The notes under the pieces were generated by a model that was not told the origin of the DNA, ran no database searches, and saw only the letters and a program-made list of their open reading frames with translations. A program made the translations under genes and the position numbers. From Octopus sinensis (Eukaryota): 64,000 bases of DNA. The DNA lies in contig NC_042999.1 in the NCBI RefSeq assembly GCF_006345805.1, forward strand, positions 11,842,001 to 11,906,000, given 5' to 3'. Below are positions 26,586 through 38,640 of the stretch, in pieces (the first letter of the stretch is position 1; each line of letters begins with the position of its first letter).

Positions 26586-26873
26586 ATAAAATCTTTGTTT
26601 AGGCCCTGTATGTCTGGCTGACCGTCTGCACGAATCATGTCTGTAAGTGAATGTGTCTGTGCATGTAAGGGTGCGCCGCCGCGTATATCTGTGAGTCGAG
26701 CAGCAGTTTCTTTCGCTACGTTCTTTGATACTTAAGTAGATATACAGTTTCAGAGTGAATAATTCTCATAAGCAAAATCTGTTTCTGATTAATGTTCGTT
26801 CCACTGACAGCCTTGACTTTTCTCAGTGATAAAGTTAAAAAAAAAACAAAAGCAATAAACAAATAAGACCAAC

Positions 26874-26928
<55 letters not shown>

Positions 26929-27039
26929 CAGTGCTAAGACAAACGCACTAATGCGAACGATCGTAACCTGAATGAGTGCACGTCTATAGAAAAAGACGTC
27001 TGGCTGATTCATATTGTAGATGCGGTAAGGGTGGAGAAT

Positions 27040-27830
27040 GGGGCAGGAGGAGGAGGAGAAGAAGAAGAAGGAAGGGAGAAGAAAGAAAAGGATGAAGAGA
27101 AGAAGAAGAAGAATGACGATGATGAAGATGGTGGCAAAGCACAACTGGTTGCTCAAACTAATCTTCTTGGGCCGAACGCCCCACCCCACTCCACAAGAGA
27201 AAAACTTGAAGGAACAAAAGAAATAAACAAATTAACAAAGAGACAAACGGAACGAATTGCAGTTTTATTGTTGTTCTAAAATAGAACACTTCCACCATGT
27301 TGTTGCTGCTGATGTTGCTAATGATGCTGCTGATATAAGGAGTAGTGGTGGTGGTGGTGTGAGGAGAAGAGGGGCATGTGTGTGTGTGTGTGTGTGTGTG
27401 TAAAAAGTAAGAACTTTCTCTTCAGATCTTGCAGATAATATGTAGATGTCACGGAAATTTGTTTTGTCAGAGAGAAGAAAAAGATTGAAACGAAAAGAAA
27501 AGAAAGAAAATGAGTGGAAAAAGTACAAAAATCAAGAGAAATGTAAAAAAAATGTTTGTTGTTCCCCTTGCTTTCATTTCAGTTCATCATCATCATCATC
27601 ATTACTACCACCAGCAGCAGCAGCAGCACCATCATCACCATTTAAATAATCACTCCCATTATCACCATCACCACCACTACCATCATCATCATCATCACCC
27701 TTCCTCCTCCTCACCATCATCATCATCATCATCCTGCCCTTCTACCTCCTCCTCCTCCTCCTCCTCCTCCTCATCATCATCATCATCAGCAGCAGCAGCA
27801 GCAACAACGACAACGTCGTCGTCGCGGCCA
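27040..27830. repeat. Cluster of trinucleotide repeats (GAA, GAT, GGT, CAT, CAG, CCT)
   Basis: Read directly from the sequence. Confidence 0.9.
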
Positions 27831-28711
27831 TTCTTTCTGTTTTCTTTCCAAACTGAAGTAGATATAAGGTAGACAGCTCTTAATAAATCAGACGAGAGCC
27901 GAGTTGGTGGTTTTGGCGATGGTTGTGCTTTTCGGTGGTGGCGGCGGTGGTGATGGTTGGTAGGTAGTGCTACTTTTTGTGGTAGTGGTTGTATTGTTTG
28001 TATAATGGTGAGGGGAGAATATCAAACAATGTTTTCCAGATAAGTTATATTTTAGTTCTGTTATTGTCTCACCGATTCATACTAAGATATGAAAGATTTG
28101 CTGATACAACCACAAATCGTGTCAACTCTTCACAGGTGTTGTATTTGGGAGGGTCACTATGCCAATAAGAAACAAATGCACAGGTTCTATTTCACTTTTT
28201 ATTAATATTTTTCGATCTACCTTAATCCGTGTACAATACACTGCTACGTATAAGAGACAGTCCGATTTTGGAGCCTAAATTGTCCCAAAATGTAAATGGC
28301 TAACATGTTTATACCTAAGCTTTATGCCCAAACTGTTCCGTTTTATAAACGAATTGCAGGTTCACATTTTCATTCCAACCGGGGACTTGTTTTTTCGATC
28401 AAGAATTTTTATATAAATAATTGCGGGACTGTTGAATGATGGCGTCACCCATAGGTTCGGGAACGGAGTGTACTCGCACCCACTAATTTTTTTTAGTGGG
28501 TGTGGGAAGATGTGGGGCAATGAAAACGCTTTGAACATCCTCCTCAAAAACTTTATCGCCAAAACGAACGAGCGTTGGAGCTTTTATGGATTTATTTCAA
28601 GCATTACTTTTCCATTATTGGATTTATATTGATGTAAAAATATAATAGTAAAAATTATTATTATGCCTGTGTTTGCTTGGATATTAAGATTTTTAAAAAA
28701 ATCGACCTTGT

Positions 28712-29308
28712 GGATCTTTACCTTTTGACCTACAGATTTAAAAAATAATTTTTGTAGCTAAACACTTTCAAACTTCGGACACGGGTAGAATGTGTCACAT
28801 TAAACATCTTTTACTCTTAGCATTTTTGAGGAAAACTTATATTTACGAAGTTATTTCACGTTAAAGTTGTCGTATTTCGGTAATTTCAACCAATTAATGA
28901 CGTGTATTTAGCTGAATAAAATTACTGCCGTTGTTTGTCAACAACAACTATCGGTGGTGTATTTTTCGTTTATCACTGTTATTTATGACATCGTTCATGC
29001 GTTTATACTGGTTTTAAGGTTTTAGGGTTGTCATAAATAACAGTGACAAACGAAATATACAGCGCTGGAAGTTCTTGTTGACAAACAACAGCAGTAATTT
29101 TATTCAGCTGAATACACATCATTGATTGGTTGACATTACCGAAATAGGACAACTTTAACGTGAAATAACTTCTTAAATATAAGTTTTTCTCAAAAATGCT
29201 ATGAGTAAAAGATGTTTTATATGACACATTCTACCCGTGTCCGAAGTTTGAAAGTGTTTAGTTACAAAAATTATTTTTTTAAATCTGTAGGTCAAAAGGT
29301 AAAGATCC
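28712..29308. mobile_element. 597-bp palindromic MITE, ~280-bp TIRs starting GGATC, perfect 8-bp TSD (Merlin-like)
   Basis: Arms 28712-28990 and 29029-29308; gaccttgt at both 28704-28711 and 29309-29316. Confidence 0.9.
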
Positions 29309-30357
29309 GACCTTGTTTGTAAAAAGATTTTGGATCTTGCTTTGTACTCCCTTAGCGAATTTCTTTCCTGCACTTATGGTCGCCAAAGATCTGCCCAGTT
29401 AGATTTGTGAAAATGTTTTTCAAAAATAAACCGTTCTAAGAATAGACCAGGTCTGGGATAGAATCACAGGAGAACAGGACGGACGCAGTCATGCGTTAAG
29501 TTAGGTGGTGTTCAGTATTAGTTGTTCGAGAATCAAACTGTTACTAACTTCAAAATAACAAACTAGTCGAAAACATTCGCATTCATTGATTCACACTCTC
29601 TCCCCACTCTTTATATATATCACTCTCCTTTACACATAGCTACAGAGCTTGTCCAACCAAGCCGCTGCATGTAAAAAACTTTCTGACGTTCCTCATAGGA
29701 CCGTCGTGTCTACTACAATCTTTTATAAATATGCAGGAGTTGAATCAAATACAGCGACGTCTCTCTCATCATTTCGCAATTTCCCATTAATCTTATTGTT
29801 TACGTGGTAACCACCAACATTCATTTCATTATTTTATCATCATTCTTATTTTAAAGATGTTAATATACAACCATTCTGAAATCTGAATCGCACACATAAT
29901 TTCAAACATGGTTTTAGAGAAAATAAAGTGCGTACTATACATGGAATTTCAGGATAAATTCATGTCATTTATCCCTCATGAGAGTGGTTTCTCATTTTAT
30001 TAAATTGTTTTGAATTCAACAACAAAAAGATATTTCCTTTGAAGTGTTCCAACTGGTTAAGTATAACATTAAAGAGCAAATTTCATCGCGTTGCGAAGAT
30101 AACGAAAGGCGACAGCGGAAACAATATTAAATAACTCCTGAAGTATTATTACAACATCCGCACAAAAGCAGCATTTCAACATTTACATGTGCTTTATGTG
30201 TGAACGATGTAAAATTGTGAGCATGCAGAGAAAGAGAGAGAGAGGGAGAGGGAGAGAGAGAGAGAGAGGGGGGTTATTGTTAATTCAATAAAAAATACGG
30301 CAACGATAACATCAAGAAAGCTTAAAATAACTACGCCCATGTATGTATGTGTGTGCG

Positions 30358-30395
<38 letters not shown>

Positions 30396-30452
30396 GATGG
30401 ATATATATATTTATAAATGTGTGTGTGTGTGTGTGGTGTGTGTGTGTGTGTG

Positions 30453-30710
30453 TGAAGGCGCGTGGCCTAGTGGTTATGGTGTTGCGCTCACGGTCGCCAG
30501 ATCATGATTTCGATTTCCTGAGCAAAACACTTTCTTGTCGCCGCAGTTCTCTTAGCTGTAAATTGGTCTCCCTGTGATGAACTGGCCTTCTGATCAGGGG
30601 AAAATGTCGGCCTGCTTGCCTAGCCAGCGGAGTGGCATCATTTGAAAAGCTAAAACAATGCAAAGCGCATTGTGACTAGCAATGTATAACAACATCCATG
30701 TGATCATGAG
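30453..30710 (+). mobile_element. Second SINE family copy
   Basis: gtgaaggcgcgtggcctagtggttatggtgttgcgctcacg head. Confidence 0.65.
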
Positions 30711-30727
30711 ATATATATATATGTATA

Positions 30728-30975
30728 TATAATAATAAATATTAGGGAATAAATCCAAATTTACAGGGAAAAAATCAGATTTAGGATTAAATCCAATTTT
30801 ACAGTAAAATTTTAAAATATTGATATTTTAGATTGGAAGTCCACCTGAAGATTGTCGATCAAGACAAGAAACAATTGTAGTGGCGGTTTTTTTGACTATT
30901 TATTAAAATTTTATGTATTGATTAAGTCTTTCCTTGTTTGTTTTGCAAAATAGTGGTTTTGTCTCTAATAATATT

Positions 30976-30978
<3 letters not shown>
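30728..30978 (+). mobile_element. AT-rich dispersed repeat carrying a hammerhead (Penelope-derived, inferred)
   Basis: Both ends (ttagggaataaatccaaa...; aatagtggttttgtctctaa) recur at 63070-63395; flanked by (TA)n. Confidence 0.6.
30841..30883 (+). ncRNA. Minimal type-I hammerhead ribozyme motif
   Basis: CCAC-CTGAAGA-TTGTC gatcaa GACAA-GAAA-CAATTG-TA-GTGG: stem I 4 bp, stem II 5 bp, palindromic stem III, GUA triplet ending at 30879. Confidence 0.8.
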
Positions 30979-31051
<73 letters not shown>

Positions 31052-31052
<1 letters not shown>

Positions 31053-31583
31053 ATGCAAATAAGTAACAAGGATGTCCAGGCGGCAATGCATTACGGCTCC
31101 ATTTAATCGACCAATGAAAGCATTACATCAATTTGAAAGAAACCGCTCTCCTCAAACGCAGATGACCAGATAGATCTCCAACATAAAGGATAATTCTAAA
31201 TGGCTGTAGACCATATGCTGCATAAAATCTTCTAAGATAAAAATAGAAATAAATAACTATCTCACCACTCCTAATCTTACTCCTCTGCTACTCTCTAAAT
31301 TATAGTAGGCTTAAATACATATACATTATTCGCTAAATTCATTCTGCTACAAATATGATACAAGGAAACGATGTAATTATTTTGGTTTCTAATACTGATA
31401 TAAATTTACTATAAGTACTAAAAATGGTTTATCCTTTATGTTGGAGATCTATCTGGTCATCTGCGTCAGAGGAGAACGGTTTCTTTCAAATTGATGTAAT
31501 GCTTTCATTGAACGATTAAATGGAGCCGCTTGAAAAGGCGTAATGTATTGATACCTGGACATCCTTGTTACTTATTTTCATTT
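31052..31583. repeat. Foldback element, ~140-bp inverted arms
   Basis: 31058-31196 is the reverse complement of 31428-31577. Confidence 0.85.
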
Positions 31584-31924
31584 TGTTCACCTAATTTCGA
31601 GCTGCACAGACTATATTTAACTGGCTTGGTGCTTCTGTTTAAGTACCTAATTCAAATGAAACTTATATATATATATGGTATAATTCCATCGCTGGACGAG
31701 GAATGTCAACTGTACCGATGACGCAATTCTCTGGAATCAGCGTGACCCAATGCATGAGAAAATGATATCTTTTGAATTATGGGTAGAATCCACTGGACAT
31801 GTATGTGTAAATTCCGTCAACCGAATTCGACTGATAAGGTTTGTTTGGGCCAACTCGAGGTTTTATATTTGCTCAATTTGCCACGCAGCGAGATTGGATC
31901 CGGAACTGTATACAATCCTTCCCC

Positions 31925-32070
31925 AGGCGTGGCTGTGTGGTAAGAAGTTTACTTCGCAACCACATGGTTCCGGGTTAAGTCCCACTGCGTGACTCCTTCC
32001 TTGTGCGAGCGTTTGACCAAAGCCTTGATAGTGGATTTGGTAGACGGACTGAGAGAAACCTGTTGTATAT
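31925..32070 (+). mobile_element. Major SINE, 5' partial
   Basis: aggcgtggctgtgtggtaagaag...gtggatttggtagacgg. Confidence 0.75.
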
Positions 32071-32092
32071 ATATATAATGGATTTTATCCTT

Positions 32093-32216
32093 AACTCTGA
32101 AGAGTTGACGTTCGATTGTATCTGTATAATGATATTCAGGAATTTATATTTGCATATATTATATTGTAATGTAGCAATAATCTTGCAATCGAATGTCGAT
32201 GAAACAATTGTAAATT
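32093..32216 (+). ncRNA. Type-I hammerhead motif, long stem II, one stem-I mismatch
   Basis: aact-CTGAAGA(32097-103)-gttgacgttcgattg...caatcgaatgtcgat-GAAA(32201-04)-caattg-TA-aatt. Confidence 0.65.
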
Positions 32217-33329
32217 TACGTAATAAAACGAATCGCTCACTCCATTCCCCTTGTGAATAATTAGATATGAGAAGGGGTGGGGGATAAGCTAGTGGATGGA
32301 GTTTGAGGTGCAATACATTAAGAAAGAATAGTAGGAAACTTAATTGGAATTTTAAAACTTTATAGAACAAACGCTTTTCCAAGCCGATTCTCGCTGTTGT
32401 GAAAACCGATTCACCCGTTACACATTGCAGTTGGCGCACTTCTTTGGTGTTATCAGTAAAATTTACAATTTGCCAGTCGGATTGTACAAGAGTGAATAAC
32501 ACTTTAAGTGATGTTGTGAATAAAAATTCTCAGCACGAAATTAAAGCAATATTAAATTATAATAACCATCTGTGTATTATACTTAATGTATACAAACTAT
32601 CGATAGCCTAGTTACTGGAGTATTTGTCCAGTGATAGCATCTCTTATGGACTTACTGTGTTCATAAAAACAATAAATATCTGAGGGAGACGAAACTTCGT
32701 TAGATATGAATTTCGGCTTTTGGGGGCTTTTCCATGGCGGCTGTTCGCAACCAGCCACGTGTCTGGATGACAGTTCATCGTCTCCGATATAGGAAAAAAT
32801 GAAATAAAACATTTACAGCGAATAGCGGTCCGGTTGTATAAAAATCCGGTTTACGCAATTGAGGCAGTAATAAATTAAAATACTTGTGACTTGTTACAGC
32901 CACACTTTTAGAAAATGCTGATAGCAGAAAGTTGGTTCAAATGTTTGCCATTAGCTCAAATGAACAACACATTTCAGGTTTTTCTTATTAGAGTTCGCCA
33001 TTTCCTGGGTTACTTGCTTTCACCACGGATTAGAGTTCTCTCCACCCTGGTAGACTAAATACGCATCTGGGTACTAAACCAGAAATTTTGCAAGTCTTCG
33101 CGCACACATACATTCATACATGCATAAATACGCATATAGATAGCTACATGTATACTTACATACAGATACACTCATATATACAAACATCCACACATACATA
33201 CACGCACATACACACACACACATATACATATACGCACTCATACATACATACACGCACATACATACATACCTACATGCATACATACATACACGCACGCACG
33301 CACATACATACATACATACATACATACAT

Positions 33330-34297
33330 GTGAAAAGAGGGGAAACTGTAAACCAGACTTGAAACATCTCCATCAATGACTTGCCTTTCTCCCCTAAATC
33401 TGATGAGGAATGTTACAAATATCTAGGGATGGATGAAAACATCTCTTACAATGGCACCTGTAACAAAACACGTGTCACTAAAGAATATTACAGCAGAATA
33501 AAGAAAATTTAGACCTCGGAACACTCTGCATTCAATAAAACAGTGGCGCACAATGTGTTTATAGTGCCAGTACTCATACCAACATTTGGGCTGCTTGATT
33601 GGGCGCTTAATGAGATCCGATCTATTGATGTGAAAACCCGAAAAATACTAACAAGCACTCATAATTTCCACATAAACAGTGACGTGGACTGCCTCAACCT
33701 AAAACGAAAATAAGGCGGCAGAGGTTTAACATCGATCCAAAATGCCTTTGAATGTCGTATCACATCCTTTCGGCAACATCTTTTAACCACCAAGTGTCGA
33801 AGTGCATCCCTTGACCAAGTTTGCATAGATGAGGATGATAACATCATAAGACTTGGAAAGCAGCTCATTGAGCAACATTCCTTGTCTGATAACCTTAAAT
33901 ACATGCCCAGAGAAGTCGCACGACTCTACCGTAACGTACCACCAGATGAAAGTATGAGCCTTTATGAGCAGAAGACTATGCATGAATGTGTTAGTAGAAA
34001 GCTCCGAGATGATAGTAACATCGATCATCAAAGCAGTCTATCATGGACCAATAGCCGGATTGCTACCTCCCACTTTGAAGGGTATGCGTTTGCGATCCTG
34101 GAACAGGAAATATCAACCAGATACTTGATGCACAAAAGGGATAGAGACGCAAGAGAAGCAGTAAAATGTGACAACCGATGCAGACTTTGTGGTGTTAACA
34201 CCGAAAATATCACCCACGTCATAAGCAGTTGTCCGAAAATGTCATCACGGTATAATCTACTGATGAGACATGACGTTGTAGCTAGGACATTCTATAA
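33330..34297 (+). mobile_element. R4/Dong-like LINE: RT C-terminal half and CCHC finger, left part
   Basis: YKYLG..GGRGL..TSHFEGYAFAILEQEISTRY..CRLCGVNTENITHVISSCP..RHDVVA. Confidence 0.9.
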
Positions 34298-35201
34298 TAG
34301 GGCTTCTCAACGGGGGTGCACAGGAAAATTGAAGAGGTGCACATGAAATTCTGGGGTACACGAGAAATTTTTGCGATGAAAAGTCATTTTTTTCATTTTT
34401 GTTAATTGATTGTTCAGCCGTCAGCTCACTGGAGTTTTGCATGAAGCGTAGACTACAAAGTTCACGCAGTACGTGCGCATTGGCACGCAAGTACGTACGT
34501 ATTGACCACAATTATGGTTGCTTGTTGAGCACGCACCCCTGCATGGATCAATAATATTGCAGGTTTGCGCAGACGTCTCATGGATGCGTGAAGTACGCAC
34601 GAGACATACGCGAGACATCTCGCGCGTACATTAAGCGCGCACCTCCATATAGTCTGGCTCAGCCGCTGCACTGATCATTGCTGTCTGAGCTTACCATCAC
34701 GTTAGCATTCAGCGATTATTCACTAGAAACTCACGTCATATCAACAAACTCTTCTTTATTGGTAAGTGTTTCATTGATACTTTATGCATTTTAGTTGTTC
34801 ACTTATGATCCTTATTATCATATTTACTCCTCAAATTAAATTTATTAACATCAAACACCACAAAATGCGATGGGCTAAGGGTTGTGTGTACTCAGAGAAC
34901 AGGCAATCCAGTTATCAAACAACATCTGAAATAAAAGATAACACTTCATTTATCATCATAATATTGGGTCTTAAATAATACCTTATATATTTTGTTCCCT
35001 GAATTCTGACCAACAGTTAATTATTACTGACCTTCAATGCGTGCTTCCATGCAACCAGTAATATCTGAGGGTGAATATCCTTTTTCATAGCTATGTTTTG
35101 GAGTCATTATGAGTTTGTCTGGTAAAATTAAGCACATTGTAAAGCAGATTTGAGCTTAAGGTATTTGAAATGTGAATTATTTTGGGGGACACCCTGTATA
35201 T

Positions 35202-35485
35202 CAGTGGTTTTCAACCTTTGTTTTCTACGGACCCACCTTTGGTCCCCGTAAAATTCTTAAGCTCATTTACCCTCTGTTAGGTAGATCAAATTACAAAATC
35301 ATGCCATTATTTACTGAGGGATTGAGATGTTTGTTGAATATATATCCTCCAATCACTGAAATGTTGCGATTTTTGATACTCAACTCGACTTTATTATACA
35401 AATTTTAAGCACAAATCCACACACAGTACTTTTCCAGATCAACTCAGAAATTTATGAAGCCCAGGCCCACCGTTAAGAACCACTG
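35202..35485. mobile_element. hAT MITE nested in the Charlie element
   Basis: TIRs cagtggttttcaac / cagtggttcttaac; TSD ctgtatat / ctgtacac. Confidence 0.75.
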
Positions 35486-35913
35486 CTGTACACTGATACC
35501 ACCAAATACAAAAAGCATATCAATCTGGTCCACCGATAGATTTTGTATGGCTATGCAGTTCACAGGAGAAAAACGTTTAGCATGCCTGAACGAAATGAAG
35601 ACTCATTAACTAATTGAGCTTTCAAATAGCGGGGATGCTTTTCATGCGCATCTGATTGTTGCATAAGAAGCGGAGTTTGCTGAAAAAAACATGTGTACTC
35701 ATCTGTCTCATCGAAATGTACCGAGTGCAGGGATCATATCTTTTCTTATCTCATTTATTTTAGATTTTGAATAAACAAAGTGATGTACAAAAGTGAACAC
35801 GAAAAAAATAAATGCAGACTTTATGATCCTGTTATATTGCATCTGGATTTATCAGAAGTGCGCTCAACCCATCTTTACCCTATTGTCTCCTATGTTCGAA
35901 TTCCAATGTCAAC

Positions 35914-37100
35914 ATGAAGTCTTGCAAATTGTCTAATCATCTTAAAAAAGTTCACATCATCGTTTCTCACAAGCCAAAGGAGAGTTTTGAAGCACTCAGT
36001 CCCGATGTTTCCTCATCATCTTCCAAGTTGAAGAGTTTCCTTGTAGAAAAAAACCATGTGGCCGACCTTATCACATCATATAAGATTGTACATCTCTTTG
36101 CAAAACAAGGTCGGCCACATACACTGGTTGAGGAGCTCATAAAACCTGCAATCTTGGAAGCTTTGAAAGTGGCAAACATTTCGAATCCAGAAGCTGTTAT
36201 TGCTAGCATTCCACTTTCTAATAGCAGCATGTCGTCTCGGATTACTGACATAGCGATTGACATCAAAACACTCCAAGATTTGCGTAACAACAAGTTTTTT
36301 TTCTAACTGTTGATGAGAGTAGGTTTGCAAACCAATCAGTAATCCTTACATTCGTCCACTACATCAAGGATTCTGCCATTTGAGAGGAGCTTCTGTTCGT
36401 CAAAACAATCCTTAATTCAACTGGCGAAGCTGTCAATAACGCACTGCACGAAATCTTCCAAGAAAACGATAGAAGTATAAATAAGATATCTGTTTGCACG
36501 AACGGTGCCCCTTCTATGGTCGGGAAGACAAAAGGGCTCGTCGCCAGATTAACTGCAGAAAGAGATCTATTTTCTATTCACTGTGTCCTCCATCGGGAGA
36601 ATTTAGTTGCAAAGGATATTCGAACCCACAAGCTTAGTGAAAATTCTGCAACATATAGTTTCAGCTGTTAATAGAGTAAAAAAAAATACAGCACTTCAAG
36701 ATAGACTCTTTATGGAAGCCTGTCAAGATGAGCATTTCGATCGGCTCCCTTATTCAACGGATGTCCGATGGCTTACCATGGGAAATTGCCTCATTCGATT
36801 TGTTTGTGTTTTTGACAAAGTGGTTGAAGTTTAGGAAAGTCAAGATTCACAACTCCGCATTGCGCTCCTGCAGAAAAAGTCAATGATATTATACCCAGAA
36901 GAGATTTACAAGAAGCTCAACGAATTAAACTTGTCGCTGCAATGTGATGGTATTAATATCGTAACTTTCAACCATCTTATTGCGGGTTTCATGAAAAAAC
37001 TCTTACTTTGGAAGATGCGGCTTTCTTTTCACGATTTCACCGTTTTCGCCTCTTTAAAGGAAGAGCTCCTTACTACCGAGGAGCATGCTGGCATCGTGGA
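35914..37100 (+). pseudogene. Charlie/ZBED5-SCAND3-like hAT transposase pseudogene
   Basis: GRPHTLVEELIKP, IPLSNSSMSSRI, NGAPSMVG, IHCVLHRENLVAK and TDVRWLTMGNCLIRF motifs, split by frameshifts and stops. Confidence 0.9.
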
Positions 37101-37842
37101 ACACCTCATTTTTTCTGCAGGAAATCTTTCAACTGCGTTTTCAGGATCCCATTTATTTACACATCTCTTTATTTGTCAACTGACTTCATACCTTGACAAT
37201 GGAGGACGTCTTCCAACTCACTGCATGTTTTCAAATAGTGCTCTGCGAGGCTCTTGCTGATGAACGTTTCATCCAAATTGCCGAAGGAGACTGAGTGTAA
37301 GCATGGCTATAGTATAAGAACATACCCGACTGTATACGAAACTGTTGAGCCATTCATTTATAAACCTCCCAACATCAAACCTTACCGAAAGAGGCTTTTC
37401 GTTGGTTCTGCATTCTTATAATAAACAAAGAAGAAGACTGCAGCTCGACAATAGTTGTTTGAGTCATCACCAGCCACGTTTTACCAAACCGGTGATAGAA
37501 AAGCAACTTCAAGGGTCGCATTAACATTTTCAACCTTGTACACTTTTTGCATTGTATACATTAAGTAAAATTATTCGTACAGTTTCTGAGCTTCGTTCAG
37601 AAATCTTCAAAAAAAAAAAAAAAAAAAAATGAATGCTTCCAAGCAAACAAAATGTCTGAACTTTCATTATTGTTAAGTGTTACATTTTTGCTGGCTGATT
37701 AATGTATTAAATATAAACTTATGCAATTTCAGTAGTAATTGTAAAATTGCGCGATTTTTGGCTGTGACAAAGGGTGCATGGGGCTCTGAAACCGATTTTG
37801 GAGGTGCACAGCGAAAAAAGGTTGAGAAGCACTGCTCTATAG

Positions 37843-38105
37843 TGAAATACGTCGGAAGGATAACTTCAAGGTCAAAGAAATAAGAACCCAGAGTATGGTA
37901 GAAGCCATAGCTGCTCATAATAAAAAGGAGTACTGGTGGAATGTCCCAGTGAAAACCTCAATAAAATGTAAGCACAACAGACCTGATATAATGATGTGGG
38001 ACAGAGAAGAGAAACTGTGCACAACTGTGGAAATTAGCGGATGTTAACATAAAGCTGAAGATCAGTGCAAAAGAGAACACCTATGATGAACTATTGAGGA
38101 ATCTG
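37843..38105 (+). mobile_element. R4/Dong-like LINE, right part (RLE domain)
   Basis: EIRRKDN..KEYWWNVPVKTSIKCKHNRPDIMMWDREEKLCTTVEIS continues the 33330-34297 frame. Confidence 0.9.
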
Positions 38106-38640
38106 TAGAGCAATACCTCTGTAGTTACCACACATTGTTCTGACTCCTTTTCCTTTATAGATAGGAAGGATAATTGCATCCTTGCAGTCCTTAGGCATTG
38201 CACCATCCCTCCAGACTGCACTAATAAGTTCATGAAGGGACTGTATGATGTAATCACCACCAAATCGAGAGACCTCAGCACAAATTCTATCCTTTCCAAG
38301 TGCTCTACCAAGATTCAATGTACTTATTGATGTCATTACCTCATCTATTGAGGGCGTGGAATTTAAGGAGCCAATGATGGGTCTTTATTTCATAGTATCA
38401 ATCTATCAATCACTGTTTCATTCACAACTGACTCATGGCTTAGGAGTTCAGAGAAGTGTTCGATCCAGCGACCTGTGATTTTTGTTAGTTTAGTAAATAA
38501 AATAGAAGACTCCTTGGAAAGCAAAGGGGTTGATGTGGTGCTCTTAGGCCCATAAACTTGCTTCATAAGATGGTAGAGCTTCTTGCTGTCATTTGCATCA
38601 GCAGCAGCCTGAACATCACGAGCAAGATCCTCCCACCAAG
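38105..38640 (-). mobile_element. RTE LINE internal fragment
   Basis: RWIEHFSELL..GKDRICAEV..PKDCKDAIILPIYKGKG..CGNYRGIAL. Confidence 0.85.

Larger units (their letters stand above)
34298..37834 (+). mobile_element. hAT (Charlie-type) DNA transposon, 3537 bp, decayed transposase
   Basis: TIRs tagggcttctcaac / cagtgcttctcaac (reverse complement of the right end); TSD ttctataa / ctctatag; subterminal ggtgcac repeats at both ends. Confidence 0.9.

Noticed and set aside
27031-27279. Acidic/lysine-rich ORF
   Set aside because: It starts at a non-ATG codon, is made of GAA/GGA/GAT repeats, and has no supporting splice context.
32675-32707. atatc-tgaggga-gac-gaaa-cttcgtta-gatat hammerhead-like string
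   Set aside because: No stem II can form and the core is wrong.
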